From NCBI GenBank assembly GCA_963821645.1, contig CAWGEQ010000034.1, forward strand, positions 62,934 through 126,933: a stretch of 64,000 nt of DNA, given 5' to 3'. Each line of letters begins with the position of its first letter. Position 1 is the stretch's first letter. This DNA is from an uncultured delta proteobacterium. GTDB lineage: Bacteria; Desulfobacterota; RBG-13-43-22. The notes beneath the pieces were generated by a model, which saw only the letters and a list, made by a program, of their open reading frames with translations, was not told the origin of the DNA and searched no databases. Positions 8,519 to 18,440 of this stretch are shown one piece after another. Both the position numbers and the translations under genes were made by a program.

Positions 8519-8953
8519 ATGACACACAAAGACAAAGATGGTTATGCGAAAAAACACTCGCCGGAACTTAAGTTGAATCCGGCAATCACCGAAGCCGTAA
8601 AACAAGTGGTCGTTGACGGAAAAATAACCTGCACCGCTGCTTTTAAAGTAGCCGACAAATTAAAAGCAACACCAGGTGAAGTGGGCGCTACTATAGATTT
8701 ACTGGAAATACCCGTCATTAAATGCCAGCTTGGACTTTTTGGATATGGCCCCCCTGATAAAGGGGGTATAGCGGCAGAAACCGTATCCCCGGCCCTGGAA
8801 GCAGCCATACGGGAATCTCTGGTTAAGGAGAAACTTCCCTGTGCCTCGGCTTGGAAGATAGCGGTGAAATTCGACATAACTAAGAGAGAAATTACTTCAG
8901 CCTGTGAGACCTTAGAAATTAAAATCTCATCCTGTCAATTGGGAACTTTTTAA
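8519..8953 (+). CDS. hypothetical protein built of two tandem ~60-aa Cys-containing domains
   Basis: Internal duplication: 'ITCTAAFKVADKLKATPGEVGATIDLLEIPVIKCQLGLFG' versus 'LPCASAWKIAVKFDITKREITSACETLEIKISSCQLGTF'. Each copy has a conserved Cys pair ending in C-Q-L-G. The likely start is the ATG at 8519 (MTHKDKDG...); the upstream part of ORF 8423 looks non-coding. Confidence 0.5.
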   Translation: MTHKDKDGYAKKHSPELKLNPAITEAVKQVVVDGKITCTAAFKVADKLKATPGEVGATIDLLEIPVIKCQLGLFGYGPPDKGGIAAETVSPALEAAIRESLVKEKLPCASAWKIAVKFDITKREITSACETLEIKISSCQLGTF

Positions 8954-9069
8954 GAGTATTCTTGATAAAGATTGAGGGCTATATTTAATGAAGAAGTCAG
9001 ATAGCCTAATTGACAAAATCATATCGATCATGATATCGTAGTACAAAATAGATCGATGGAGGTATTGGC

Positions 9070-9276
9070 ATGCAATCAATAACCGTATCACCAAAATATC
9101 AAGTCGTTATACCAAAAACAGTCAGGAAGGCATTGAATATTCATCCGGGCCAAAAAATGCAGGTTGTCGAATATGCCGGACGTATTGAACTTATACCGGA
9201 ACGCGATATTAAAGAACTCCGGGGATTCCTCAAGGGCATCAATACGGAATTCAAACGAGAGAAAGATAGAGTATGA
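9070..9276 (+). CDS. vapB: antitoxin VapB (AbrB/MazE/SpoVT family)
   Basis: 68 aa. 'SITVSPKYQVVIPKTVRKALNIHPGQKMQVV' is the swapped-hairpin AbrB-like fold. It overlaps the PIN gene by 4 nt. Confidence 0.8.
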   Translation: MQSITVSPKYQVVIPKTVRKALNIHPGQKMQVVEYAGRIELIPERDIKELRGFLKGINTEFKREKDRV

Positions 9277-9653
9277 ATATCGTCGATTCTTCCGGCTGGC
9301 TGGCCTACTTCGCCGATGAGCCTAATGCCAAGCATTTCCTGAACCCGTTGAGTGATTCGACCTTGCTAGTTGTCCCAACGGTAACGATATACGAGGTCTT
9401 CAAAGTCATTCTCCGGGAGTCCAGTGAGAATGAGGCATTGCAAACGGTTGTTGCTATGCAAAAAGGAACGGTTGTGGACCTGACCGCGCCATTGGCAAGT
9501 GCTGCTTCAAAGCTGAGTCTGGAGCATAATCTTCCAATGGCGGACAGTATCATTCTGGCAACAGCGCTGGAATTCAACGCCATTCTCTGGACCCAGAATT
9601 CAGATTTTAAAAATATAAGGAACGTGAAGTATTTTCCAAGAAATAAGAAATAG
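9273..9653 (+). CDS. vapC: toxin VapC (PIN-domain ribonuclease)
   Basis: 126 aa. 'IVDSSGWLAYF' (first Asp), '...ADSIILATALEFNAILWTQNSDF' is PIN-like. It is coupled to vapB. Confidence 0.8.
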   Translation: MNIVDSSGWLAYFADEPNAKHFLNPLSDSTLLVVPTVTIYEVFKVILRESSENEALQTVVAMQKGTVVDLTAPLASAASKLSLEHNLPMADSIILATALEFNAILWTQNSDFKNIRNVKYFPRNKK

Positions 9654-9671
9654 CATTTACCGATGAACCAT

Positions 9672-10583
9672 TCATAGTTCACCAGACTGATCAGAATTTT
9701 TTTTCTTTTTCCTCCGGACGAGGTTGAGAGTCGGTAGGACTTTGCCAGGCAGCAGTGACCGGCGTTTGGGGAAGGCCGGCCCCTTTTGATCGTCCAGTCT
9801 CAGGACCAGCCAAACCGGCTTGTGGTCACTGGCCTGACGGTTGTCCTTGACCACACCGACTTCACCCCTTGGACTGCCCTCAAAATTCCGAATGAAGATG
9901 TGATCCCAGGCAAAGAGGCTGATAGTCCTTCTCAGCGATTTGGTAGCCCAAAAATACCCTTGTTTCTCCAGGAACCGGCCAATGCCTCTGGCATTCATGT
10001 CCCCGACCATAATGATCGGGCAGAAAAATCTTTCGGCATCGGCAAGCACGGCCTCCACTTGGTGTTTTCTCTGCCGGGGAAGGATTTCTAAGGCCGTACC
10101 GAGGTGAAGACTGTAGGCCCTGAACTTCCGCTTCCCTATCTTGAAGGTGGCCGCTACGGCGATGCGCTGCATCTTTTCTATCTGACCGGAGTGGGGCAAG
10201 AAGATCTTTTGATCTTCCAGTATCCGCCAGGGCGAAAGCAGGGCATTGCCGAAATTCTTGCCATAGGCCGAGTGAACCACTGCCGGGTAATAGACATAAT
10301 TCAAACCCAACCGCCTGGCTATCTTTTCGACACCGGCTTCATCCATTTCTTGCAGAGCCAGTATATCCAGGTCCTGCAGGACCTGGCTTTTTTCGAAAAG
10401 CTGGAGAGCCCGATCAATGTACCGGGAAAACTTGACATTAAAAGTGACAATCCGAAGGGCTATGGCCTCCGGCCGTCCAGGACGGCTATGGCCTCCGCTA
10501 AACCGCGGCCCGGTTTGGTCTGGAAGGCTCCGACCGGTCCGGCCCCGATACTGACGGCCGATCGATTTAGGAATAATCGACAC
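9672..10583 (-). CDS. endonuclease/exonuclease/phosphatase (EEP) family protein
   Basis: 303 aa. 'IVTFNVKF' N-terminal beta-strand, then 'ILALQEMDEAG', 'IMVGDMNARG' and the 'SDHKPVWLVL' catalytic His motif. All are EEP hallmarks. Confidence 0.75.
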   Translation of the reverse strand: MSIIPKSIGRQYRGRTGRSLPDQTGPRFSGGHSRPGRPEAIALRIVTFNVKFSRYIDRALQLFEKSQVLQDLDILALQEMDEAGVEKIARRLGLNYVYYPAVVHSAYGKNFGNALLSPWRILEDQKIFLPHSGQIEKMQRIAVAATFKIGKRKFRAYSLHLGTALEILPRQRKHQVEAVLADAERFFCPIIMVGDMNARGIGRFLEKQGYFWATKSLRRTISLFAWDHIFIRNFEGSPRGEVGVVKDNRQASDHKPVWLVLRLDDQKGPAFPKRRSLLPGKVLPTLNLVRRKKKKNSDQSGEL

Positions 10584-11063
10584 GCTATCTCAACTCCCCT
10601 GGGTTAGGTAGTCCGAACCAGAAGGTCTCTTGACTTTGTTCAACCCTGATCATGGTTTTAGTTAACCTGGCATCACCAGTTTTTTAGAAGCAGCGAAAGG
10701 AAAACGGCAACTGCCTCTTAACCAAATAATATCAGCATAAATTTTTTATAGCAATTATTCAACCATTTTCCTGCGGACGAATTGCCCTTATCATCCTCCT
10801 TGCCTTCGATTGGCTAGCCCCTGCGCGTCATAAAATTCAATTATTCTTCTATCCGAGAATTGGTCAAACTTTCTCAAAACCCAAAATAGGGAAGAACAAT
10901 AATATTGGGAGCTTCCTAAAGCTTTATTTCAAAAAGTTTGGAGATGATGTATATTACAACCCATAATATTAAGGGCTAAGGCAGATAAATATATTTATTG
11001 GAAGATAAACAAGCAGCTAAAGGAATTGTAACTTAAACTAAGTGAAAGGAAAGGCAGGTAGTC

Positions 11064-11261
11064 ATGCTCGGTCTGGATCAGGATCTATTAGTTGTTTTGA
11101 TCATAGCCGCTTTTGTCTTTGGGGCCAAAAAATTGCCTGAAATCGGTAAAGGTCTGGGGAAAGGAATCCAGGAATTTAAAAAAGGTTTATCAGGACAAGA
11201 AGAAGAGCCACCACCTAAACCCAAAGAAACTGAAAAAGACACGACTGATAAAAAAGAATAG
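11064..11261 (+). CDS. tatA: twin-arginine translocase subunit TatA/E
   Basis: 65 aa. N-terminal TM helix followed by the amphipathic 'FGAKKLPEIGKGLGKGIQEFKKG' and an acidic/Pro-rich tail, a typical TatA arrangement. Confidence 0.85.
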   Translation: MLGLDQDLLVVLIIAAFVFGAKKLPEIGKGLGKGIQEFKKGLSGQEEEPPPKPKETEKDTTDKKE

Positions 11262-11446
11262 GATAATCGTTTATCCGGGTTCTCCAATGGTCATAGGAGT
11301 TGGATCTACCCGAGGTGCCTATTCCCCCCCGGTGGGCATGCCGACGTTTTACACCTATAAGCACAAGAACAGATGTGAACATTCGGACATTATGAATGTC
11401 GAATGAAGTTTGATAAATGGGCATTATCCGATTACAGGAGGAATAG

Positions 11447-12517
11447 ATGAGGGTAGGCAAATGGTTCTTGGTGCCCCTTTGTTTTTTGCTTTTCCACAAC
11501 GCGGCTTTCGGAGCGCAAAGCTTTAATTCATCCGGATATCATCTGGTGGAAATAATAGCTCTCGGTGGCGAAGACCGGTGGGATTATTTGACTCTGGATA
11601 ACCAGACGCACCGTCTCTATATCTCGCGTTCAAGCCATGTCATGGTGGTTGATACTGATTCCGGCAAGGTCATTGGTGATATTCCCGACACGGACGGCGT
11701 TCACGGCATTGCCCTGGTCCCGGAGTTGAACAAAGGTTTTACCAGCAACGGCCATGAAGCTACGGTAACTGTTTTTGATCTCCAAACACTTAAACCATTG
11801 ATCAAAATCCCGGTTGGTAAAAATCCGGACGCAATCATCTATGACCCTGCCTCCGGTCATGTTTTTACCTTTAATGGCGCCAGCCATGATATCACGGCCA
11901 TCGACCCTAAAAGCGGTAAGGTCGTTGGGACCGTCGTCCTGGAGGGTCGTCCTGAATACGCTGTGGCTGATAATCAGGGTCATATCTATGTCAATCTGGA
12001 AGATAAAAGCCAAATCGTCGAACTCGATTCCCGTAAGCTTGCCATCAAAGCCCGCTGGCCCCTGGCTCCAGGCGAAGGACCGACCGGGATCTCAATGGAT
12101 CAGGCCCACCGGCGGCTCTTTATCGGGTGCAGAAACAAATTAATGGTTGTGATGAATGCGGATAACGGAAAAGTGACGGCCACCCTACCCATCGGAAGCG
12201 GCGTGGATGCTACGGCTTTTGATCCTGAAAACGGAATGGCGTTTAGCTCCAATGGCGAAGGCACCCTTACGGTCATTCAGGAAGACTCTCCAGACAAGTA
12301 TAGTGTTTTGGAGAACGTTGTGACCCAAAAAGGGGCCAGAACCATGGCACTGGACCTTAAGACACATCGGATCTATTTAGCCACGGCGGAATTTGGAGAC
12401 ACTCCGGCACCAACCTCGGAGCTACCGCATCCGAGGCCGAGTATTGTACCAGGCTCTTTTGTGATTCTCGTCATGGGTAAGTTGATTGCGAATGCGGGGC
12501 TTCCCTTAAAAGACTAA
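11447..12517 (+). CDS. secreted YVTN/YncE-like beta-propeller repeat protein
   Basis: Signal peptide (MRVGKWFLVPLCFLLFHNAAFGA). Repeated ~40-aa units have 'G.V..ID..SGKVIG.I..G..P.GIA' periodicity (YVTN beta-propeller repeats). Confidence 0.7.
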   Translation: MRVGKWFLVPLCFLLFHNAAFGAQSFNSSGYHLVEIIALGGEDRWDYLTLDNQTHRLYISRSSHVMVVDTDSGKVIGDIPDTDGVHGIALVPELNKGFTSNGHEATVTVFDLQTLKPLIKIPVGKNPDAIIYDPASGHVFTFNGASHDITAIDPKSGKVVGTVVLEGRPEYAVADNQGHIYVNLEDKSQIVELDSRKLAIKARWPLAPGEGPTGISMDQAHRRLFIGCRNKLMVVMNADNGKVTATLPIGSGVDATAFDPENGMAFSSNGEGTLTVIQEDSPDKYSVLENVVTQKGARTMALDLKTHRIYLATAEFGDTPAPTSELPHPRPSIVPGSFVILVMGKLIANAGLPLKD

Positions 12518-12748
12518 AACCCTACGATTACGGACCGCATCCATAGAAATGACGAAACTCGAAATGACCATTCGCCAGGTCAGCAATCTTCGAGACTTCT
12601 ACGTGACAGATCAAGAAGAAAGGCAAGAACCATAAGGCGGGCAACAAGGCGTTGCCCCCGACGTTCATGGACATCAATACTGAATTCAAACGAGAGAAAG
12701 ATAGAGTATGGTGATCATTATGTTCGATGACGAAATGAAGTTCTTAAC

Positions 12749-13273
12749 TTAGAGGGTAAACCGCCACTTGCAGAACAGTTCTTTAGGATGAGGGTCCGGA
12801 GGGGCAAAAAGACACTCCACCTTTATCCGGGGATCGATCTCCCGGGCAAAACTTTCGAACTCCCCCTTATGCATGTGCTTGCAGACAAACTCGTCTAAGC
12901 CCCGTCTGAGCCTGGCTTCCTGGGTGGCGCAGTGGGGCGTGGTGATGATGACTTCGTTTTCCTTTTCCTCGATTTGATAATCGATCAGGGCGGTCCAGGG
13001 GAAAAGCCTCAAGGCCTTGACGAATCCTTTCAGTCCCTTTTCTGTAATTTCAAACCGCTTAACGAGATCTTTGGCGGCCATTTGGGGCACCCTGGCCCAG
13101 ACCCGTTCATTGATCCTTTCGGCCGTGGGCTGGTCGAACTTATCGGCCACATAAAGAAACCAGAAGGCATCCATGACCCGGTAGTGCCAGAGCAAAAATT
13201 CCAGATAACTTCGCAGTTGCGGGGCTTCCATTTTTTCAAAGACCGTCATGTCCATAGGGCCTCCTTTTAACAC
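12749..13273 (-). CDS. hypothetical cytosolic protein, possibly ATC-hydrolase-like (low confidence)
   Basis: 174-aa ORF with a C-terminal Cys pattern ([23 protein letters not shown]...ECLF...ELFCKWRF). A 70-bp internal segment is duplicated at 1430-1500. Confidence 0.5.
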   Translation of the reverse strand: MLKGGPMDMTVFEKMEAPQLRSYLEFLLWHYRVMDAFWFLYVADKFDQPTAERINERVWARVPQMAAKDLVKRFEITEKGLKGFVKALRLFPWTALIDYQIEEKENEVIITTPHCATQEARLRRGLDEFVCKHMHKGEFESFAREIDPRIKVECLFAPPDPHPKELFCKWRFTL

Positions 13274-13299
13274 CCAAGAAATATGGTAGTTAAGGTTGA

Positions 13300-13420
13300 T
13301 GCAATCGTAAAATCTCTGCCATCGTCACCCCGGCGAAAGCCGGGGTCCAGACACCATCCCGGTGGAAACCGGGAAACCAGACCATTGAACCTGGCTTCCG
13401 ACTTTCGTCGGAATGACGAA
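13300..13420. repeat. REP-like GC-rich palindromic element(s) of the 'GGGAATGACG / CGTCATTCC' family
   Basis: 'cgtcaccccggcgaaagccggggtcc ... ccggtggaaaccgggaaacc ... cgtcggaatgacgaaagtcgg'. Related copies occur at 18285-18355, 22425-22545 and 43035-43085. Confidence 0.6.
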
Positions 13421-13521
13421 AGTCGGTCCAATCGGACTTTTACAAATCCACCCAAGCCGATGATTTCTAAATTGACTTTTCATAATTAAATACAATATAT
13501 AAACTTATACGGTCAAGACAA

Positions 13522-14323
13522 ATGATGATCTTTCAGGAATCCCAAATCCAGGGCCTTAAATCCATCGCAGCGGACATCTATCTCCTGCGCTTCTCTGCCG
13601 GCACCATGGCCTCCCAGGCGCAACCCGGACAATTTGTCATGGTCCGACCGAAAAAATTTTCAGAGCCCCTTTTACCCCGACCTTTCTCCATCCACCGGAT
13701 CCAGGGAAATCAAATCGTTCTTCTCTTTAAAGTTGTCGGGCCAAGGGACCCGGCAATTGGCCGATTTGAAAAAAGGGGACCTCCTGGAAGTTAGAGGGCC
13801 CTTGGGACAAGGGTTTGTCCTTGAGAAGGACCAGGAGCCCATCCTGGTGGCCGGCGGTATGGGCGTGGCCCCCCTCCTTTTTTTGGCCGAGACCTGGAAA
13901 GAGATTCAAAGAAAAGGTCCGAAGAAATTTCCCAAACTGTTTATCGGCGCCCGGACCCAAAAAGAACTCCTTTCCCTGAAGGAATTTGAACGGGCAGGGG
14001 TAGAAATCCGGGCGGCCACAGAAGACGGTTCTTTCGGCCATAGGGGATTGGTCACCGGTCTGTTAAACAAGGAGATTACAAAACCATCTCCTGGCCAGAC
14101 CTTGTTTGTCTGCGGCCCATTGCCCATGTTGAAAGCGGTCCGAGGCTGGGCGCTTCAAAAAGGGGTTCCCTGCCAACTTTCCCTGGAAGCCCGCATGGCC
14201 TGCGGCCTGGGGGCCTGCCTGGGGTGCGCGGTGGCTAAGAAGAAGGAAAGCGGCTTTTCCTATGTCAATGTCTGTCAGGAAGGGCCGGTTTTTGAGGCCA
14301 GCGAGGTCCTTGGGGATGAATAA
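13522..14323 (+). CDS. pyrK: dihydroorotate dehydrogenase electron-transfer subunit PyrK, interrupted by a 1-nt frameshift (~13738-13742)
   Basis: Frame 1 gives '...FSIHRIQGNQIVLLFKVVG', and frame 2 continues 'QGTRQLADLKKGDLLEVRGPLGQGF...VCGPLPMLKAV...CGLGACLGCAV' (FAD/NAD-binding domain and the 2Fe-2S Cys cluster). Deleting one C in 'gtcgggccaaggg' restores 'KVVGQGTRQLADL'. Confidence 0.75.
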
Positions 14324-15242
14324 ATCTCCCGTTCCTGATCTGTCCGTCGACCTCGCCGGCCTTCGGCTGAAAAATCCGGTCATGACCGCCTCGGGGACCT
14401 TCGGTTATGGCAAAGAATATGCCGACTTTTTCGACCTGAATCGATTGGGGGCCTTGATCACCAAAGGGATCTCCTTAAAGCCCATGGCCGGCAATCCCCC
14501 CCCAAGGATCCTGGAAACCCCTTCGGGGATGCTCAACGCCATCGGTCTGCAAAATGTCGGGGTGGAAGGATTTATCCGGGACAAGCTCCCCTTTCTCTCT
14601 AAATTAGACATCCCGGTAATCGTCAATATCCTGGGTCACTCGGTTAGGGAGTATCAGGAGCTGGCTAAACGCTTGGGTGACCAGCCGGGGATTGCCGCCC
14701 TGGAAGTCAACATCTCCTGTCCCAATGTGGCCCGGGGAGGAATGGCCTTTGGGGCCCAACCCCGAGGGGCCGCCCAGGTCGTCTCCAATATCCGGCGGGC
14801 CACCCGTCTGCCGCTGATCGTCAAGCTGACGCCCCAGGTCACGGATATTCATGCCGTAGCCAGGGCCGTGGAAGGGGCCGGTGCCGACGCGATTTCTCTG
14901 ATCAATACCATCCCCGGGATGGCCGTGGACATTCAGACCAGACGATCCAAGCTGGGCTGCCTGGGTGGGGGGCTTTCCGGACCGGCCATCCGTCCCATAG
15001 CCTTGCGCCTGGTTTATCAGGCGGTCCGATCGGTTTCCATACCGGTTGTCGGCCTGGGAGGCATCCGTACGGCCGAAGATGCCCTGGAGTTTCTTATTGT
15101 CGGGGCCAGGGCCGTTCAAGTCGGAACGGCCAATTTTGTCAGACCTGATGCCCCTCTTGAGGTTATCGAAGGAATAAAAAAATTTCTCATAGAGAAAAAA
15201 ATCCCCAGGGTAACGGATTTGATAGGCTCATTTATTGATTGA
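14316..15242 (+). CDS. pyrD: dihydroorotate dehydrogenase (class 1B) catalytic subunit
   Basis: 'LKNPVMTASGTFGYG', 'LEVNISCPNV' and 'GGLSGPAIRPIAL' are class 1 DHOD motifs. Its ATG overlaps the pyrK stop (ATGAATAAA). Confidence 0.85.
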   Translation: MNKSPVPDLSVDLAGLRLKNPVMTASGTFGYGKEYADFFDLNRLGALITKGISLKPMAGNPPPRILETPSGMLNAIGLQNVGVEGFIRDKLPFLSKLDIPVIVNILGHSVREYQELAKRLGDQPGIAALEVNISCPNVARGGMAFGAQPRGAAQVVSNIRRATRLPLIVKLTPQVTDIHAVARAVEGAGADAISLINTIPGMAVDIQTRRSKLGCLGGGLSGPAIRPIALRLVYQAVRSVSIPVVGLGGIRTAEDALEFLIVGARAVQVGTANFVRPDAPLEVIEGIKKFLIEKKIPRVTDLIGSFID

Positions 15243-15257
15243 GCCCTGAGCTTTAAA

Positions 15258-16040
15258 ATGAATACTTCCTTGTCCCAGCGCGCCCTTAACGGGCTTTCTT
15301 TTTTTCAATTCTCTCTGTTTCAATCCGTACCGGGATTGATTCACGGGATCTTTTCCCGCCAGGGAGGAATCAGCCAGGGAGCTTTCGCCAGTCTCAATTT
15401 AAGTTTTGCCGTGGGAGACGACCGGCAGAAAGTCGTCCATAATCGGGAGCTGGTGTTGAAAGCATTGGGGATAGGCAGTATCCGGAGCCTCAAACAGGTG
15501 CATGGGAAGGAAGCGGTGGTTATTCAGGACAGTCCGCTTATAGCTTCGCATCGGGTTCCCGAAGAACGCTCCGGGGATATCCTCATGACCCGGATGAGGG
15601 GGCAAGGACTGATGATTAAACAGGCCGATTGTCAATCCCTGCTGTTCTATGATCCAAGGCATAAGGCCGTTGCCAATATCCACTGCGGCTGGCGGGGCAA
15701 TGTAAACAACGTCATCGGAGAGGCCGTTAAACAAATGAAGGCCTTCTATAGGACCCATCCCTCGGACCTGATAGCCGGCATCGGGCCTTCCCTTGGGCCC
15801 TGCTGTGCCCAGTTCATCAATTACCGAACAGAGATCCCTCCTCGGTATTGGACCTATCAGGCCCGCCCTTATTATTTCGATCTCTGGCGGTTAAGCCGGG
15901 ATCAATTGATGGCTGCCGGGGTTTTAGAAGACCATATTGAGATCGCCGGTATCTGCACCTCCTGCCAAACACGGGATTTTTTCTCCTATCGGAAGGAAAA
16001 GAAAACCGGTCGTTTCGCCACGGTCATTGCCTTGCAGTAA
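15258..16040 (+). CDS. pgeF: peptidoglycan editing factor PgeF / YfiH (DUF152, Cu-oxidase-like)
   Basis: 'HCGWRGN' motif, 'ADCQSLLFYD' and the C-terminal 'CTSCQTRDFFSYR' are typical of YfiH family proteins. Confidence 0.8.
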   Translation: MNTSLSQRALNGLSFFQFSLFQSVPGLIHGIFSRQGGISQGAFASLNLSFAVGDDRQKVVHNRELVLKALGIGSIRSLKQVHGKEAVVIQDSPLIASHRVPEERSGDILMTRMRGQGLMIKQADCQSLLFYDPRHKAVANIHCGWRGNVNNVIGEAVKQMKAFYRTHPSDLIAGIGPSLGPCCAQFINYRTEIPPRYWTYQARPYYFDLWRLSRDQLMAAGVLEDHIEIAGICTSCQTRDFFSYRKEKKTGRFATVIALQ

Positions 16041-16052
16041 AAATTTGAACGA

Positions 16053-17327
16053 TTGACAATACAAAAACCCGACAAAACAAAGGAGAGCAGAACCGTGCCG
16101 GACAGCAAACATCTCCTCAAAGGGATTCGAGTGATTGAAGCGGCCACCATGGTCTTTGTCCCCTCGGCCGCTGCTATTATGGCCGATTTTGGGGCCGAGG
16201 TCATTAAAGTGGAGGCGCCGGGCCGGGGTGATATCCATCGCTATGGACATCAACTACCGGGTATGCCCGAGAGTCAGGTTCCCTATGTGTTCCAGGTGGA
16301 CAACAGGACCAAGAAGAGCATCGTGCTCAACCTGAAAGAAAAAGAAGGCCGGGAGATCTTACGGAAACTGATCGCTTCGGCCGACGTCTTCCTGACCAAC
16401 TATCGAACAGAGGCTTTAAAGAAACTCAAAATGACTTATGAGGATTTTGAGGTCATCAATCCCCGATTGATTTACGGCTACGGGTCCGGATACGGGGAAA
16501 CGGGTCCGGAGGCGGACAAGCCCGGTTACGATATGGTCTGCTATTGGTCCCGGTCGGGTATTGAAGGACAGATCTTCCCCTTGAACGACTGGTTAGGCCC
16601 CATTCCTTACGGTGCCGGAGACCATCCCAGCGGTATGACCCTTCTTACGGCCATCATGTTCGCCCTCTATGCCCGGGAGAAAACCGGTAAGGGCACCAAA
16701 GTTTCGACCTCTTTGCTGGCCTGCGGCGCCTGGGCCAATTCGAACATGATTCAGGGTCAACTCTGCGGGGCGCGATTCCGCGAACGGGTTCCCCGCGAAC
16801 AATCATACAACTTTACCTACATATACTATATGCCCAGGGATGGGCGGCCTCTGAAGCTCAACATCAACGATCAGGAAAAAGACTGGGCCCCTTTCTGCCG
16901 AGCCGTGGGCCGGCCGGATCTGGTCGAGGATCCGCGGTTTGTAACCGTGGAGGTTCGCGTCAAGCACATGTCCGAGCTCATTGCAATTTTTGATGAAGCC
17001 TTCGCCCGACATGATCTGGCCTATTGGAACAAAATTTTGGCAGAACATGACATCCCCTTTACCTCCATCCGTAATTACGAAGAGATCGCCGAAGATCCAC
17101 AAATGGCGGCCAATGAGGTCTTTGTAGCGGTCGACCATCCGCAATACGGGCGTTTTCGCACCGTAGACAGCCCCTTCAAGATCGAAGGGCAGAGCAAGGT
17201 CAACCCCGGGGCCGCACCGGAACTCGGCGAGCACACCAGAGAAGTCCTCAGGACATTAGGCTATTCGGGAGAAAAGACACAGGACCTTCTTGACCGTGGT
17301 ATAGCGGTTCAAAGACGGCTTGTTTGA
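16053..17327 (+). CDS. CoA-transferase family III (CaiB/BaiF) protein
   Basis: N-terminal 'LLKGIRVIEAATMVFVPSAAAIMADFGAEVIKVE' is the hallmark family-III CoA-transferase start. Length is 424 aa. Confidence 0.8.
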   Translation: MTIQKPDKTKESRTVPDSKHLLKGIRVIEAATMVFVPSAAAIMADFGAEVIKVEAPGRGDIHRYGHQLPGMPESQVPYVFQVDNRTKKSIVLNLKEKEGREILRKLIASADVFLTNYRTEALKKLKMTYEDFEVINPRLIYGYGSGYGETGPEADKPGYDMVCYWSRSGIEGQIFPLNDWLGPIPYGAGDHPSGMTLLTAIMFALYAREKTGKGTKVSTSLLACGAWANSNMIQGQLCGARFRERVPREQSYNFTYIYYMPRDGRPLKLNINDQEKDWAPFCRAVGRPDLVEDPRFVTVEVRVKHMSELIAIFDEAFARHDLAYWNKILAEHDIPFTSIRNYEEIAEDPQMAANEVFVAVDHPQYGRFRTVDSPFKIEGQSKVNPGAAPELGEHTREVLRTLGYSGEKTQDLLDRGIAVQRRLV

Positions 17328-17514
17328 TAAAAACAGAGCGGTATCGGGGTGGTGGTCACCCCTTTGGACAAACTGAGGAAAGACCTCGACCCTTCGTCAT
17401 TCGTATTGCCAGACCACGTTGTCAAAAGTGAAGGGGACAAGGGGTATTCGTTCGTTGACTAATCCGTCTCAATCGATTATGATTCCCCCATATTTTCGAA
17501 GTGAAGAGGGGTTT

Positions 17515-18220
17515 ATGTCTTTACGTAGTATATACGTCCTCCCTTTCTATATCATCCTGACCGTGGTGTTTAGTATCCTTGCCTTATTGATGGCCTTTTT
17601 TGATTCGAGTGGAAATCGTTCCCATCGGATGGCTTCCCGGTGGGCTTCGCTCGTCCTCTTCTTCAGCGGGGTCCGGGTGAAGACCGTTAATCTGAGTGTT
17701 CTTACGCCCGGTGCACCTTACATCTTTGCCGCCAACCACCAGAGTGCCTTTGATATCCTGGCCCTACTGGGAAAATTAAAGGTCCAATTTCGTTGGTTGG
17801 CCAAGGAAAGTCTTTTTAATATCCCCGTCTTTGGATGGGCCATGAGGAAGACCGGCTATATCCCCATCAACCGGTCCAATCCCAAGCAGGCTTATCAGAG
17901 TCTCCTGGTGGCCGCCAAAAAAGTCAACTGATGGAACATCGGTCCTAATCTTCCCGGAAGGGACCCGCCAGGAAACGGATCATTTGGGAGAGTTTAAAAA
18001 AGGGGGATTTATCCTGGCGATAAAATCCCAAAAACCCATCGTCCCCATCGGCATAATAGGGAGTGGTAAGGTGCTGGCCAAGAAAGGGTACGCGATCCAT
18101 CCCGGAACGATCCGGATCGTTTTAGGCAAACCGATCGCAACCGAAGGATATCGTACCAGGGATGCCGAGGTCCTGATGGAGAAGGTCAGGGAAGCGATAG
18201 AGGAGAATTTAAAACATTGA
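17515..18220 (+). CDS. plsC: 1-acyl-sn-glycerol-3-phosphate acyltransferase PlsC, interrupted by a 1-nt frameshift in an A6 run (17917-17922)
   Basis: The first frame carries the H(X)4D motif 'ANHQSAFDIL' and stops at 17931. The next frame continues '..GTSVLIFPEGTRQETDHLGEFKKGGF...' (FPEGTR motif). Removing one A from 'gccaaaaaagtc' yields the contiguous 'AAKKSTDGTSVLIFPEGTR'. Confidence 0.75.
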
Positions 18221-18284
18221 TGCTGGATAAAAGAGGATGGACTTGTAAAAAGTCAGGAAGATCCCCAATTTGTCATTTTCGTGG

Positions 18285-18355
18285 AAACGGGAATCCAGCG
18301 TTTTTAAATAGTTAAGTCTGGCCTGGATTCCCGCCTGCGCGGGAATGACGAGTTT
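18285..18355. repeat. REP-like palindromic element (…ggattcccgcctgcgcgggaatgacg…)
   Basis: Hairpin 'cccgcctgcgcggg' flanked by ggaat/gaatg. It belongs to the same family as 13300-13420. Confidence 0.6.
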
Positions 18356-18440
18356 TTACGAATTCATCAAAGAAACAGAAATATGAGATATCGGTGCTTC
18401 AGGCCAAAGGCCGGATTAAAAGGGGGCATCGGTTATTGGT

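Noticed and set aside
11113-11406. Lys-rich 97-aa ORF overlapping tatA
   Set aside because: It is an alternative frame of tatA and its downstream region, with low-complexity K-rich translation.
12530-12615. 28-codon ORF 'MTKLEMTIRQVSNLRDFYVTDQEERQEP' next to the duplicated vapB 3' end
   Set aside because: It is too short and not convincingly similar to Phd/YefM or other antitoxins. It is likely part of the recombination scar.
13283-13489. 68-aa ORF
   Set aside because: It is composed of REP-like palindromic repeat sequence, a typical spurious repeat-derived ORF.
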